Positions 46,770-55,716 of a stretch of 64,000 nt of DNA are shown here, one piece after another. The translations under genes were made by a program, and so were the position numbers. Source of the stretch: a virus (lineage: Duplodnaviria; Heunggongvirae; Uroviricota; Caudoviricetes); IMG/VR virus record IMGVR_UViG_3300042465_005697, positions 28,280 to 92,279 of that record; one strand, given 5' to 3'. The notes under the pieces were generated by a model. The model saw only the letters and a program-made list of their open reading frames with translations. It searched no databases and had not been told where the DNA came from. How positions within the stretch are numbered: position 1 is the stretch's first letter; each line of letters starts with the position of its first letter.

Positions 46770-48796
46770 GTTCTTTTTGGTTTTTCTGTGGTAATTAACT
46801 TTGATGGTTCTGTAATTGTTACAACATCATCTTTTACTATAAGAGTGTAGTTAGTATTTTCCTTAACATCCCCAATTAAAATACCTTCAGATATTAGATC
46901 CTCAATTTTATCTTGGATTGCTCGTTTTAGAGGACGGGCACCAAACGTCTCATCAAACCCAACTTTTGAAATCATCTCAATCACCGAATAATCGGCAACA
47001 AAGTTATATTTCATTTTTGTTAATCTATTTAATAAGATATCAATCTCAAGTTTAACAATCTTATCAATATGGTCTTTCTTAAGTGAATTAAAGATAATAA
47101 CATCGTCAATTCTGTTAAGGAATTCAGGGGCAAAGAATTTACTTAATTCTGATTTAAGGATATCTCTTTTATGTTCCTCCTCAATATAGTCACTTTTCTT
47201 GAATCCCATTCCACCACCAAAATCTTGTAATTTTCTAACACCAATGTTTGAGGTCATAATAATTAAACAATTTTTGAAATTAATCTTTCTACCCAAACTA
47301 TCAGTAAGGTGACCATCATCCAACATTTGTAATAATGTTGAGAATATGTCTTTATTTGCCTTCTCAATTTCGTCAAACAAAATAACCGAATATGGTTTAT
47401 TTTTAACTTGTTCGGTAAGTTGTCCACCCTCTTCGTGTCCTACGTATCCTGGAGGTGATCCAATTAGACGAGAGATGGTATGTTTCTCTTGGTATTCGGA
47501 CATATCCACACGGATCATATTATCTTCATTACCAAAGATCTCTTTTGCTAGTTTCTTAGCCAAGAATGTTTTACCCACACCTGTTGATCCCAAGAATATG
47601 AATGAACCAATTGGTTTATTTGGATCCTTAATTCCGACTCTATTTCTTCTTATTGCTTTTGATATTTTGGCAACCGCTTCTTTTTGACCAATAACCAAAT
47701 CATTAAGGGTATCCTCAAGATTAACTAAAGATTTTGTTTCATCAATTGTAATTTTACTTACAGGTATTTTGGTCATATTGGATACTACCTCATATACAAG
47801 TTCTGGTGAAATTTCTTTCTTTTTAATTGTTAATTCATCATCAAACTTCTTTTTTTCTTCTGCAAGTTTTGTGATAATTTTTCGTTCTTTATCTCTCAAC
47901 TCTGCAGCCATCTCAAATTTTTGACTTTTAATAACGTCAATTTTTTCTTGTTTGATATCAGAGGCTTGTTGTTTTAATTTTTCAATTACTTCAGGTAATT
48001 TTATATCCACTTGAGATCTTGCACCAACCTCATCTAAAATATCAAATGCTTTATCGGGGAATTCACGATCCGTGATATAACGATCCGCAAGCTCAACACA
48101 AAGACCCAAAATCTCATCTGTGTATGAAACTTTATGGTGTGCTTCATATTTTGCCTTACTATTTTGTAGGATTATTAATGTTTCTTCTTTTGTTGATGGA
48201 TCAACAATAACCTTTTGGAAACGTCTTTCTAATGCCCCATCTTTTTCAAAGTTCTTACGATATTCATCTAATGTTGTTGCACCAACACATTGTATCTCTC
48301 CTCGGGCAAGTGCCGGTTTAAAGATGTTGGAAGCATCCAGTGATCCTGATGAACTACCCGCACCAACAATCGTATGGATCTCATCAATGAATACCACAAT
48401 ATTGGGGTTGTTCTGAAGTTCCTCAATAATCACTTTCATTCTTTCCTCAAATTGACCGCGATATTTTGTTCCAGCAACTATTGAATTCATATCTAAAGAT
48501 ACGATACGTTTATCCATTAAATTTTTAGGACAATCCCCTTCATAGATTTTCATTGCCAAACCTTCAACGATTGCAGTTTTACCACAACCAGGTTCCCCAA
48601 CTATAATTGGGTTATTTTTCTTTCTTCTTGATAGGATCTGAGCGATTCTCATTATTTCTGCTTCTCTACCAACCACAGGATCTAATTTACCTTCTTCTGC
48701 TAGTTTATTAAGGTCTCTACTGAAATTATCTAATACTGGTGTTCCTTTATCTGATGACTTTTTGTTTTTGTCTTCATTATCCATATTTTCTATCAT
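46745..48796 (-). CDS. ClpA/ClpC-type Hsp100 AAA+ ATPase (two nucleotide-binding domains, no Clp N-domain)
   Basis: D1 Walker A GEPGCGKT and D2 Walker A GSTGVGKT; LDxFxRDL...[10 protein letters not shown] start typical of ClpA/B D1; 683 aa. Confidence 0.8.
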
Positions 48797-48960
48797 TGTT
48801 TTCTCTTTTTTAAAGTTTAATTATAATATATCAAAAAGTATATTAATTTGACAATATGTCATTAACTTTTTTTACATACTGACATTTTGTCAGGTTTTAT
48901 ATTTTGGCATGTATTTGGTAAAAAAAAGGACACAAATAAACAATAAAAAAAAATAAAACA

Positions 48961-49314
48961 ATGTTTAACACAATTTTTGATGAATTTAACGCATTAACAA
49001 AAAGACCAACAGATCTATTACAAACTTATCAAACAGAAGAGTCCACTGTATGTATTATGGATTTACCGGGGTATAATAAAGATAACTTGACGGTTGAATT
49101 AAAGGAGGGTATATTATCTATTGAAGGTAAGAGGTCAATTAAAATTGACGGTTTAAAAGACCCAATTAAAAACAGTTCAATTTCAAGATCCTATACCTTT
49201 GGGAATAAGTATGATGAAGAAAAAATAAAGGCGGAGATAAGTGATGGAATTTTAATAATCACACTCCCATTCAAAATTGAAAGTAAAAAAAGAGTGATTA
49301 GTTTGTTAAGTTAA
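48961..49314 (+). CDS. small heat-shock protein (Hsp20/alpha-crystallin family)
   Basis: 117 aa; alpha-crystallin-domain pattern ...VELKEGILSIEGKR...DGILIITLP. Confidence 0.65.
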   Translation: MFNTIFDEFNALTKRPTDLLQTYQTEESTVCIMDLPGYNKDNLTVELKEGILSIEGKRSIKIDGLKDPIKNSSISRSYTFGNKYDEEKIKAEISDGILIITLPFKIESKKRVISLLS

Positions 49315-49320
49315 AAAAAA

Positions 49321-49346
49321 AAGACCTGTTATGGGTCTTTTTTTTA
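49321..49346 (+). terminator. intrinsic terminator (aagacc...ggtctt + T9)
   Basis: After Hsp20 stop. Confidence 0.55.
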
Positions 49347-49373
49347 TTATTGTATATTTATAATAAAAAAACT

Positions 49374-49952
49374 ATGAACAATAATCTTTTTAAAATAGAT
49401 GATTCCGAAAAAATGAGAATTTTGGAAATGCATCAATCAGCAACAAGTAGACATTACTTGGGAGAACAAGTTGCACCGGCAACAACCGCAGCGGCACCAG
49501 GACCTAAAGATCCTTCGGCTTTTGTTAGAACTGTTAACGATCTTAGATATGGAGCGTCACCTGGGGATAAATTATGGTTCCAATCACCTAAATACCCGAT
49601 ATTATCAGGAACTACAGGATTATATGGTGGTATAGCTTTTACAACACAAGTGACCAAATCTCAAGATACGAAAGACCAATCAGGTAAAGTTATTACAAAT
49701 GGAGCATATGATTTCCGTTTAAATTCTGCACCATTAATTATTGATTTTTCATTAACTTGTGGTGGTGGTGCTAGACTTCGTCAAGTATTAGTTAACGACA
49801 AACAAACCACTGTTAATGTGCCATCAGCAAATAATAAACCATCAACGGGGGATGCTATAGTACCTTTAGTGAAAAATTTATTTGGAGTAAAAGGGTTTTC
49901 AGAAAATAACCCATTTATTACTGAGTTTAAACAACAATATTGTCAATCATAA
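49374..49952 (+). CDS. hypothetical protein (N-term MNNNLFKIDDSEKMRILEMH)
   Basis: Start chosen at MNNNLF inside ORF 49350..49952. Confidence 0.5.
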   Translation: MNNNLFKIDDSEKMRILEMHQSATSRHYLGEQVAPATTAAAPGPKDPSAFVRTVNDLRYGASPGDKLWFQSPKYPILSGTTGLYGGIAFTTQVTKSQDTKDQSGKVITNGAYDFRLNSAPLIIDFSLTCGGGARLRQVLVNDKQTTVNVPSANNKPSTGDAIVPLVKNLFGVKGFSENNPFITEFKQQYCQS

Positions 49953-49980
49953 AAAAAAGGTCCTAATGGACCTTTTTTTA
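49951..49980. terminator. bidirectional terminator (aggtcc-taat-ggacct with A/T runs)
   Basis: Between convergent 49374..49952 (+) and 49978..50418 (-). Confidence 0.5.
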
Positions 49981-50418
49981 TTTAAAATAACTAATCATAC
50001 CATATGATTTATTCGTATTTATGTCCGAATAAAATTGGGTTACATATGGGTCATTTGATTTAAGGATGTTTGTGTTTACTGTTACAAACAAATCCATTGG
50101 TTCGTTTGTTTTTCTATCAATACATTTACAAGTGAAAATATAAACACCTTTTTCTAATTTATATTCCATAACCCCATTTGAAAATTCATTCTCAAGAAAA
50201 AAGAATTTATAGGTTTTAGATTTTAAATCAAATGTTAATTTATTTTGACCATTACCTTGACCTAAGAAAAAAATGTTTGGGTCAGAAATGATACTATCAT
50301 ACTCTTCTGTAAATCTACATTCAAATGTGTTCCATTCATTAATTTCTGCAATTATTATTTGAGAAAACCCAACAAACGATACAAACGATAATACTACGGA
50401 TAAGATAAATTTTTTCAT
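49978..50418 (-). CDS. secreted hypothetical protein
   Basis: Start MKKFILSVVLSFVSFVGFSQ (signal peptide) within ORF 49978..50457. Confidence 0.45.
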   Translation of the reverse strand: MKKFILSVVLSFVSFVGFSQIIIAEINEWNTFECRFTEEYDSIISDPNIFFLGQGNGQNKLTFDLKSKTYKFFFLENEFSNGVMEYKLEKGVYIFTCKCIDRKTNEPMDLFVTVNTNILKSNDPYVTQFYSDINTNKSYGMISYFK

Positions 50419-50503
50419 AAGTTCTAAGATTTTAATTGTTTCTACAAAGATAAACAAATTATTGAGTTATTTATAATAAATATTATATTTTTAAAAAAAA
50501 GTT

Positions 50504-50746
50504 ATGGCAATTTTAAAAGAAGAAATCGTTGGATCAAAAATTATTAATGAGATCCAATCTACAAACGTTACAAAAACGGAGTATGATACAACAACAAAAA
50601 AGTTGATTGTTGAGTTCAAAAATGGAACAAAATATGAGTATGATGAGGTTCCCCACCAAATATACACACAATTTAGAATGTCGGAATCTCAAGGGAAATT
50701 CTTTAGTTCCAAAATTGCTAAGGCATTCAAATACAAAAAAGTATAA
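50504..50746 (+). CDS. small KTSC-like domain protein
   Basis: 80 aa; Y-x-Y-x-x-V ... SxGKFF pattern reminiscent of KTSC domain. Confidence 0.35.
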   Translation: MAILKEEIVGSKIINEIQSTNVTKTEYDTTTKKLIVEFKNGTKYEYDEVPHQIYTQFRMSESQGKFFSSKIAKAFKYKKV

Positions 50747-50776
50747 CAATTTAATATATTCTGGTATTTATCTGAT

Positions 50777-51511
50777 ATGGACAAATATTCGGACGTAATT
50801 AAAAGTTTTGAAACTCAAAAAGAATTAAATTCAAAGTTTTGGGTTGAATCTGGTGATGAGGTTAAATTAAAACCTTTAATTAGAGAAAAATTACTTGAGA
50901 CTGCATACCAATTTATTGATACTTTGGGTGTTGATCTTGTTGTTACTGATATCATTATGATTGGGTCTTTGGCTAATTATAATTGGTCAAAATTTTCGGA
51001 CATTGATTTACATATTGTTGCAAACTTTAATCAATTTCCATCTAACCAAATTGATCTTTACACAGAATATTTTGATTTAAAAAAAATCGTATTTAATCAA
51101 AAACACGACATTACCATTTATGGGTTTGATGTAGAATGTTTTGTTCAGGATGAAAGTGCTGAGGCATTCAGTAGTGGTGTTTATTCTTTACTGTTTGATA
51201 TGTGGATGAATAAACCAAAACAGGAAGAGTTTAAGGTTGATAAATCCCTTTTAAAACAAAAATCCGATCAATGGATGGACATCATTGATGGTGTCCTTAA
51301 TAACGTTAAGGATGAAGAACCTGAAACGGTTAAAGAAATCATATCTAAATATAAAAAGAAATTAAAAAAATATAGACAATGTGGTTTGGAAAAAGATGGT
51401 GAATCATCTCTTGAGAATATGGTCTTTAAGGTATTAAGAAGAAATGGTTATATTGAAAAACTATATGATATGGGTACCGATATTATGGATAAAAAATTAT
51501 CAATTAAATAA
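50777..51511 (+). CDS. minimal nucleotidyltransferase (Pol-beta superfamily) domain protein
   Basis: IGSLANYNWSKFSDIDLHIV matches hG[GS]x9-13Dh[DE]h NTase motif. Confidence 0.5.
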   Translation: MDKYSDVIKSFETQKELNSKFWVESGDEVKLKPLIREKLLETAYQFIDTLGVDLVVTDIIMIGSLANYNWSKFSDIDLHIVANFNQFPSNQIDLYTEYFDLKKIVFNQKHDITIYGFDVECFVQDESAEAFSSGVYSLLFDMWMNKPKQEEFKVDKSLLKQKSDQWMDIIDGVLNNVKDEEPETVKEIISKYKKKLKKYRQCGLEKDGESSLENMVFKVLRRNGYIEKLYDMGTDIMDKKLSIK

Positions 51512-51610
51512 AAATTTTAACAAAAAATAAACCATTATCAATCATTATGATAATAAACAACGATTATTGTATATTTATATAATAAAAATAATTTTATAAA
51601 AAAAAATAAA

Positions 51611-53056
51611 ATGGGAAGTTTAAAACCAATTGGTAGTGAAAAACTACAAGGGATGGATAAAATCAGAAGAATGATTGAGATTTCAAATTATAATGGTCAT
51701 CAATCATCACCTGTAAATGAAAATGAATCCAAGAATTATAACCGTATGTTAGCAGATGGTAATCGTTATGAGATCGTTAAAGAAAAAACGGGTTATATCA
51801 TTAAAAAACAACTTTCAGAAGGGGTTTTGGAATATACTGAACCTATGAAAAATAGAAAATACCATTCATCGTATTCTCAAGCACTTAGAAAATTAAATTT
51901 AATGGCTAAAGAAATAAATTCGGTTAATGAACATAAAGAAGAAATTTCATTATTTGGTGAAGAGAAGAAATTTTATCTAAAGAAAGGAACTAAAGAAATT
52001 GATGAACAAGCAGCGGTACCTGCTCCGGCACCTGTACCTGCACCCGCACCTGTTCCATCACCGGAACCAACACCTGAAGAAGAACCGATGCCAGAACCTG
52101 AAATGGATATGGAAGAACCTGAAATGGATATGGAAGAACCTGAAGACGATGGTGAAGAAGTTACTTTTAAATCAATCCAAAAATTAACTGGTAAATTAGC
52201 ACAAAAAATACGTGATCTTGAATCTAAGTCTGAAGACGAGGATGAGGGTATGACAGGAAATGATGTTAAATATGTAATCAATTCTATTTTATCATCTTTG
52301 GATTTGGATAAATTGGAAGAAGATGATGTTGATGAGATTATGTCTCGTTTTGAAGGTGAAGAAGAAGGAATGGACACTGAAGAAGGTGATGAAGATATGG
52401 ATATGGGTATGGAAGAACCAATGCCTGAGGAAGGAATGGAAGAACCGGCACCTGAAGGTGAAATGGCTGAAATGATGAATTTGGGTCAAGCAATTAATAA
52501 AGGTGTTGAAATGAAATATTCTGATAATATGAAAAACGAATTACCTGAAATGTTTGACGAAGGTGATGATGAAATGGACTTTAGTTCTATGATGGATGAC
52601 TATGAGTATAACACAGAAGAAGATGAAGAAGATGAAGAATATTATGACGATAAGTTTGATAAAGAGTCTCAAGAAATTGAAAGAATAGAACGAGAACTTA
52701 GACCTGAAAAATACCAAAAACACGGTTCAAGAGAAAATATTCACAGAATGGATGATCATTTTTCACACGGAACATTTAGTGAATCTAAAGTTGATAGTAT
52801 CCTTAAAAAATATTTTTCAATAGAAGATGCTGAAAAACAAATTAATGAAAATAAGAAAACAACGTTTCTTCACTTAAGAGAAACAAGATCTGAAATTGAA
52901 AGATTATCGGAAAATGTTCGTCAAGAGAGATCGGCAATTAAATTCTTAGATGAAAATAAAAATGCTGAATTAGTTGGTATTACTAACAAGAAAAATTTGG
53001 TATTCCAATTAAATAACCAAGAGTATAAGATATCCACACGAGGAAGTGTTATATGA
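51611..53056 (+). CDS. highly acidic repeat protein (PAPAPVP and EEPEMDME repeats); head internal/scaffold-like candidate
   Basis: 481 aa, low-complexity acidic repeats, located at start of head module. Confidence 0.5.
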   Translation: MGSLKPIGSEKLQGMDKIRRMIEISNYNGHQSSPVNENESKNYNRMLADGNRYEIVKEKTGYIIKKQLSEGVLEYTEPMKNRKYHSSYSQALRKLNLMAKEINSVNEHKEEISLFGEEKKFYLKKGTKEIDEQAAVPAPAPVPAPAPVPSPEPTPEEEPMPEPEMDMEEPEMDMEEPEDDGEEVTFKSIQKLTGKLAQKIRDLESKSEDEDEGMTGNDVKYVINSILSSLDLDKLEEDDVDEIMSRFEGEEEGMDTEEGDEDMDMGMEEPMPEEGMEEPAPEGEMAEMMNLGQAINKGVEMKYSDNMKNELPEMFDEGDDEMDFSSMMDDYEYNTEEDEEDEEYYDDKFDKESQEIERIERELRPEKYQKHGSRENIHRMDDHFSHGTFSESKVDSILKKYFSIEDAEKQINENKKTTFLHLRETRSEIERLSENVRQERSAIKFLDENKNAELVGITNKKNLVFQLNNQEYKISTRGSVI

Positions 53057-53460
53057 ATAAATTGATTTATATCAATGGTCTAGGACCAAACTATAAAGGG
53101 GATAATATATATGAATTTATATTTTCAGACACTTTAGAAGTTTGGGGTGAAAATTGGGAATCAAAACCAGCAAATGGTTATCCCTTACCTCCTGACATTG
53201 AACATATCAAGAAAGTTGGAGTATTAAGAAACGGTGAAATAACATTGGAGTTAATACAAAACTCTGATGTTTTTTCTATTATGGACGCAACTGACGATGT
53301 AATTGCGTTAGGGTGGGAGAGTGAAGGTGAAAACTTAGATTTCTCTATAATAAAAAGACTTGTTTTTAAATTTGGTCAAACCGAAGAAGAAGTGAAAGAT
53401 AAATTATATGAACGAGATATCGTTCTTGAGTTCGAAAAAAAAGTAGTATATGAAAACTAA
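53053..53460 (+). CDS. hypothetical protein
   Basis: 135-aa ORF, ATGA overlap. Confidence 0.45.
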   Translation: MNKLIYINGLGPNYKGDNIYEFIFSDTLEVWGENWESKPANGYPLPPDIEHIKKVGVLRNGEITLELIQNSDVFSIMDATDDVIALGWESEGENLDFSIIKRLVFKFGQTEEEVKDKLYERDIVLEFEKKVVYEN

Positions 53461-54280
53461 TAACCATACATTAACCTTACTTGAAAATGGGATTCATTTT
53501 TCAACATTAACTAATATGTCAGAAAGACAAATTAAAGTTTTGGCGGAAAGGTTTAAGAAAGAAGAAACTAAAGAGGCGGTAAATAAAACTGTATACCAAC
53601 CTTTAAAAGATCCTAATGATAAAAAAGCAGTGCAAGATATGGTTATGAAAACCAATCCAAATGCGTCTGTTGAATTGGAAGAAAAATTTGAATCTAAATC
53701 ACAACAAGGTTTATTTTGGGCAAAATGTAATAACAGTAAAGGTAAAGAAAAGAAAAAATGGTGTGATATGGCAAGAGAATTCTCTGATAGCACAACAAAA
53801 AAAGATTACAAGAAAATGCCTGAAAAGAAAAATCCTGAAAAAACTGTAGAATACAAAAAGAAACTTCAGAAAGAAAGTAATGAACAATATCTGGAAGATA
53901 GAATAATGGAAATGATTGAAAAGAATATTAATCCAAGAATCACTAAAGGTGATTTAAAGAAAAATATTTCAGAAAGATCAGAAGATATGATGTTGAGAAA
54001 CCCGAAAAAAATGTCTATGTTTAGTGATGAATCAGGAATTGAAATGAAGAAAATGAAAAGACCAATCGGTAAAATTTCATCTATGGGTAGAATGTCTATG
54101 GAAGAAAACGGAACAAAAGAAAAAGAGGCACCAACAAAACCTGGTACTAAAACACCACCAAAGAGAAAAGGGAACCCATTTAAGAACCCTAATCCTGGCG
54201 TTAAAGAGGATCCAAGAGGTAATAGTAAAGAAGATGTTAAAATGACATTTATTAATCAAATTAAAAAAGCACTATATTAA
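53450..54280 (+). CDS. Lys/Glu-rich hypothetical protein
   Basis: 276-aa ORF. Confidence 0.5.
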   Translation: MKTNNHTLTLLENGIHFSTLTNMSERQIKVLAERFKKEETKEAVNKTVYQPLKDPNDKKAVQDMVMKTNPNASVELEEKFESKSQQGLFWAKCNNSKGKEKKKWCDMAREFSDSTTKKDYKKMPEKKNPEKTVEYKKKLQKESNEQYLEDRIMEMIEKNINPRITKGDLKKNISERSEDMMLRNPKKMSMFSDESGIEMKKMKRPIGKISSMGRMSMEENGTKEKEAPTKPGTKTPPKRKGNPFKNPNPGVKEDPRGNSKEDVKMTFINQIKKALY

Positions 54281-54281
54281 G

Positions 54282-55640
54282 ATGGGAAATAAAGATTTAG
54301 AAAGATTAATCAGAAAGGTAATAAAAGAAGCCCCTGTTGATTATGGAGATTATCCTGAGAGAATGGATCCAAAGAGTCAAAAAAAAGTTGAGGATCCAGA
54401 AGGAATATACGCAAAAAACAGAGCGTTTAAAGGTGGTGTTTCTGACGTAGAAAAAATTACAGGAACGAGATTTAAAGAAGTTGTTGATTATGTAAAAAGA
54501 TATTTTGGAACTGAGGAGAATATTACAAGTCCTTTGGTTAAAAGATCTATACAAATGGAACAAATGAGATCAGTACAACAAGCAATGATGATTGAAAATT
54601 CACATAAGAGTGAATTAAAAGATTTGGCGGTTGAAATTGCCGCAAAAGAAGAAGGGTGGATGCCTTATTCGTCAACTCTTGAGGAGGCGATAGAAGGGGG
54701 ATCAATTAATAAGTCCCCAATTCAAGGTGCTGGTACAAGATATGGGTTTGAGTTTATTAATGTTGAAGCATTTTTAAATGAACAAAGAATTAATCCAAAC
54801 CAATTCAAAATGGATAAAGCAAAACTTCCTAAATTGGAGTTACCACCAAACTTTTCATTTGATATTGACGAATTAACACCAGAAGAACAAAGACAATTAG
54901 AAATTGAGAAACGTCACGTAATTAACGCAATTATTCAAGGTAAAGGTAAAAGAGGTCAATTTAGTTATCAAGGATTTAAAGATAGGTTGGATGAAATAGA
55001 CCCAAGGTTATATTCATTATATAATAAAATTATGTCGGCAAATGATCTTATGTATTTTACTGAAGAAGATCTAATTGAGGCGATGGGTGGTAATGCCGCA
55101 GGATCGTCAAAAATTGAGAATAGTGATGGTGATGAAGATGAAGATGAGGAAGGTGAGGAAGAAGGAATGGATGCCGTTGTTGCTAATGGTATTATATTTC
55201 CAATCTTACTACACGAATTAGTTAAAGGTTTTGCATCCGTTGCATCAAGAGAACAATGGAGAGATCTTGATCCTGATATGGCACATGATGTTATGGGACA
55301 AACAGACATAATGCCGAATGAACCAATGCAATTTAGAGTTGGTGGTGAATTAGTAAGAAAATTAAAAACATTACTACCTGACGAATTAACAATTAATGTT
55401 GAAAATAGAGAGTTATTACCATTCTTTGAAAGAATTTTATATGGTATTCCAGCTGAACAATTTTTAAAAGATATTATGGCTAATGTTATTTCTGAAGTAC
55501 CTGCGGATAATGAAAAGGCAAAACGTAAATTCAGAGAAATTTTGGATAAAGCAAAAAGAGATTATCAAAGATATAAAGGAAATGATCAAGACGAAGATGA
55601 GGACGAAGATGATGATCTTTTGGCTCAGTTAGGATTATAA
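54282..55640 (+). CDS. hypothetical protein immediately upstream of terminase (N-term MGNKDLERLIRKVIKE; acidic C-term)
   Basis: 452-aa ORF; position compatible with small terminase subunit or internal head protein but no motif support. Confidence 0.5.
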   Translation: MGNKDLERLIRKVIKEAPVDYGDYPERMDPKSQKKVEDPEGIYAKNRAFKGGVSDVEKITGTRFKEVVDYVKRYFGTEENITSPLVKRSIQMEQMRSVQQAMMIENSHKSELKDLAVEIAAKEEGWMPYSSTLEEAIEGGSINKSPIQGAGTRYGFEFINVEAFLNEQRINPNQFKMDKAKLPKLELPPNFSFDIDELTPEEQRQLEIEKRHVINAIIQGKGKRGQFSYQGFKDRLDEIDPRLYSLYNKIMSANDLMYFTEEDLIEAMGGNAAGSSKIENSDGDEDEDEEGEEEGMDAVVANGIIFPILLHELVKGFASVASREQWRDLDPDMAHDVMGQTDIMPNEPMQFRVGGELVRKLKTLLPDELTINVENRELLPFFERILYGIPAEQFLKDIMANVISEVPADNEKAKRKFREILDKAKRDYQRYKGNDQDEDEDEDDDLLAQLGL

Positions 55641-55661
55641 AATAGTATTTAATTAATGTAA

Positions 55662-55694
55662 AACCCCCTTTTATGAAAATAACTGGGGGTTTTG
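55662..55694 (+). terminator. intrinsic terminator (aaccccc...gggggtt + T-run)
   Basis: After 54282..55640. Confidence 0.5.
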
Positions 55695-55716
55695 ATATTT
55701 ATAGTTAAATAGTACT

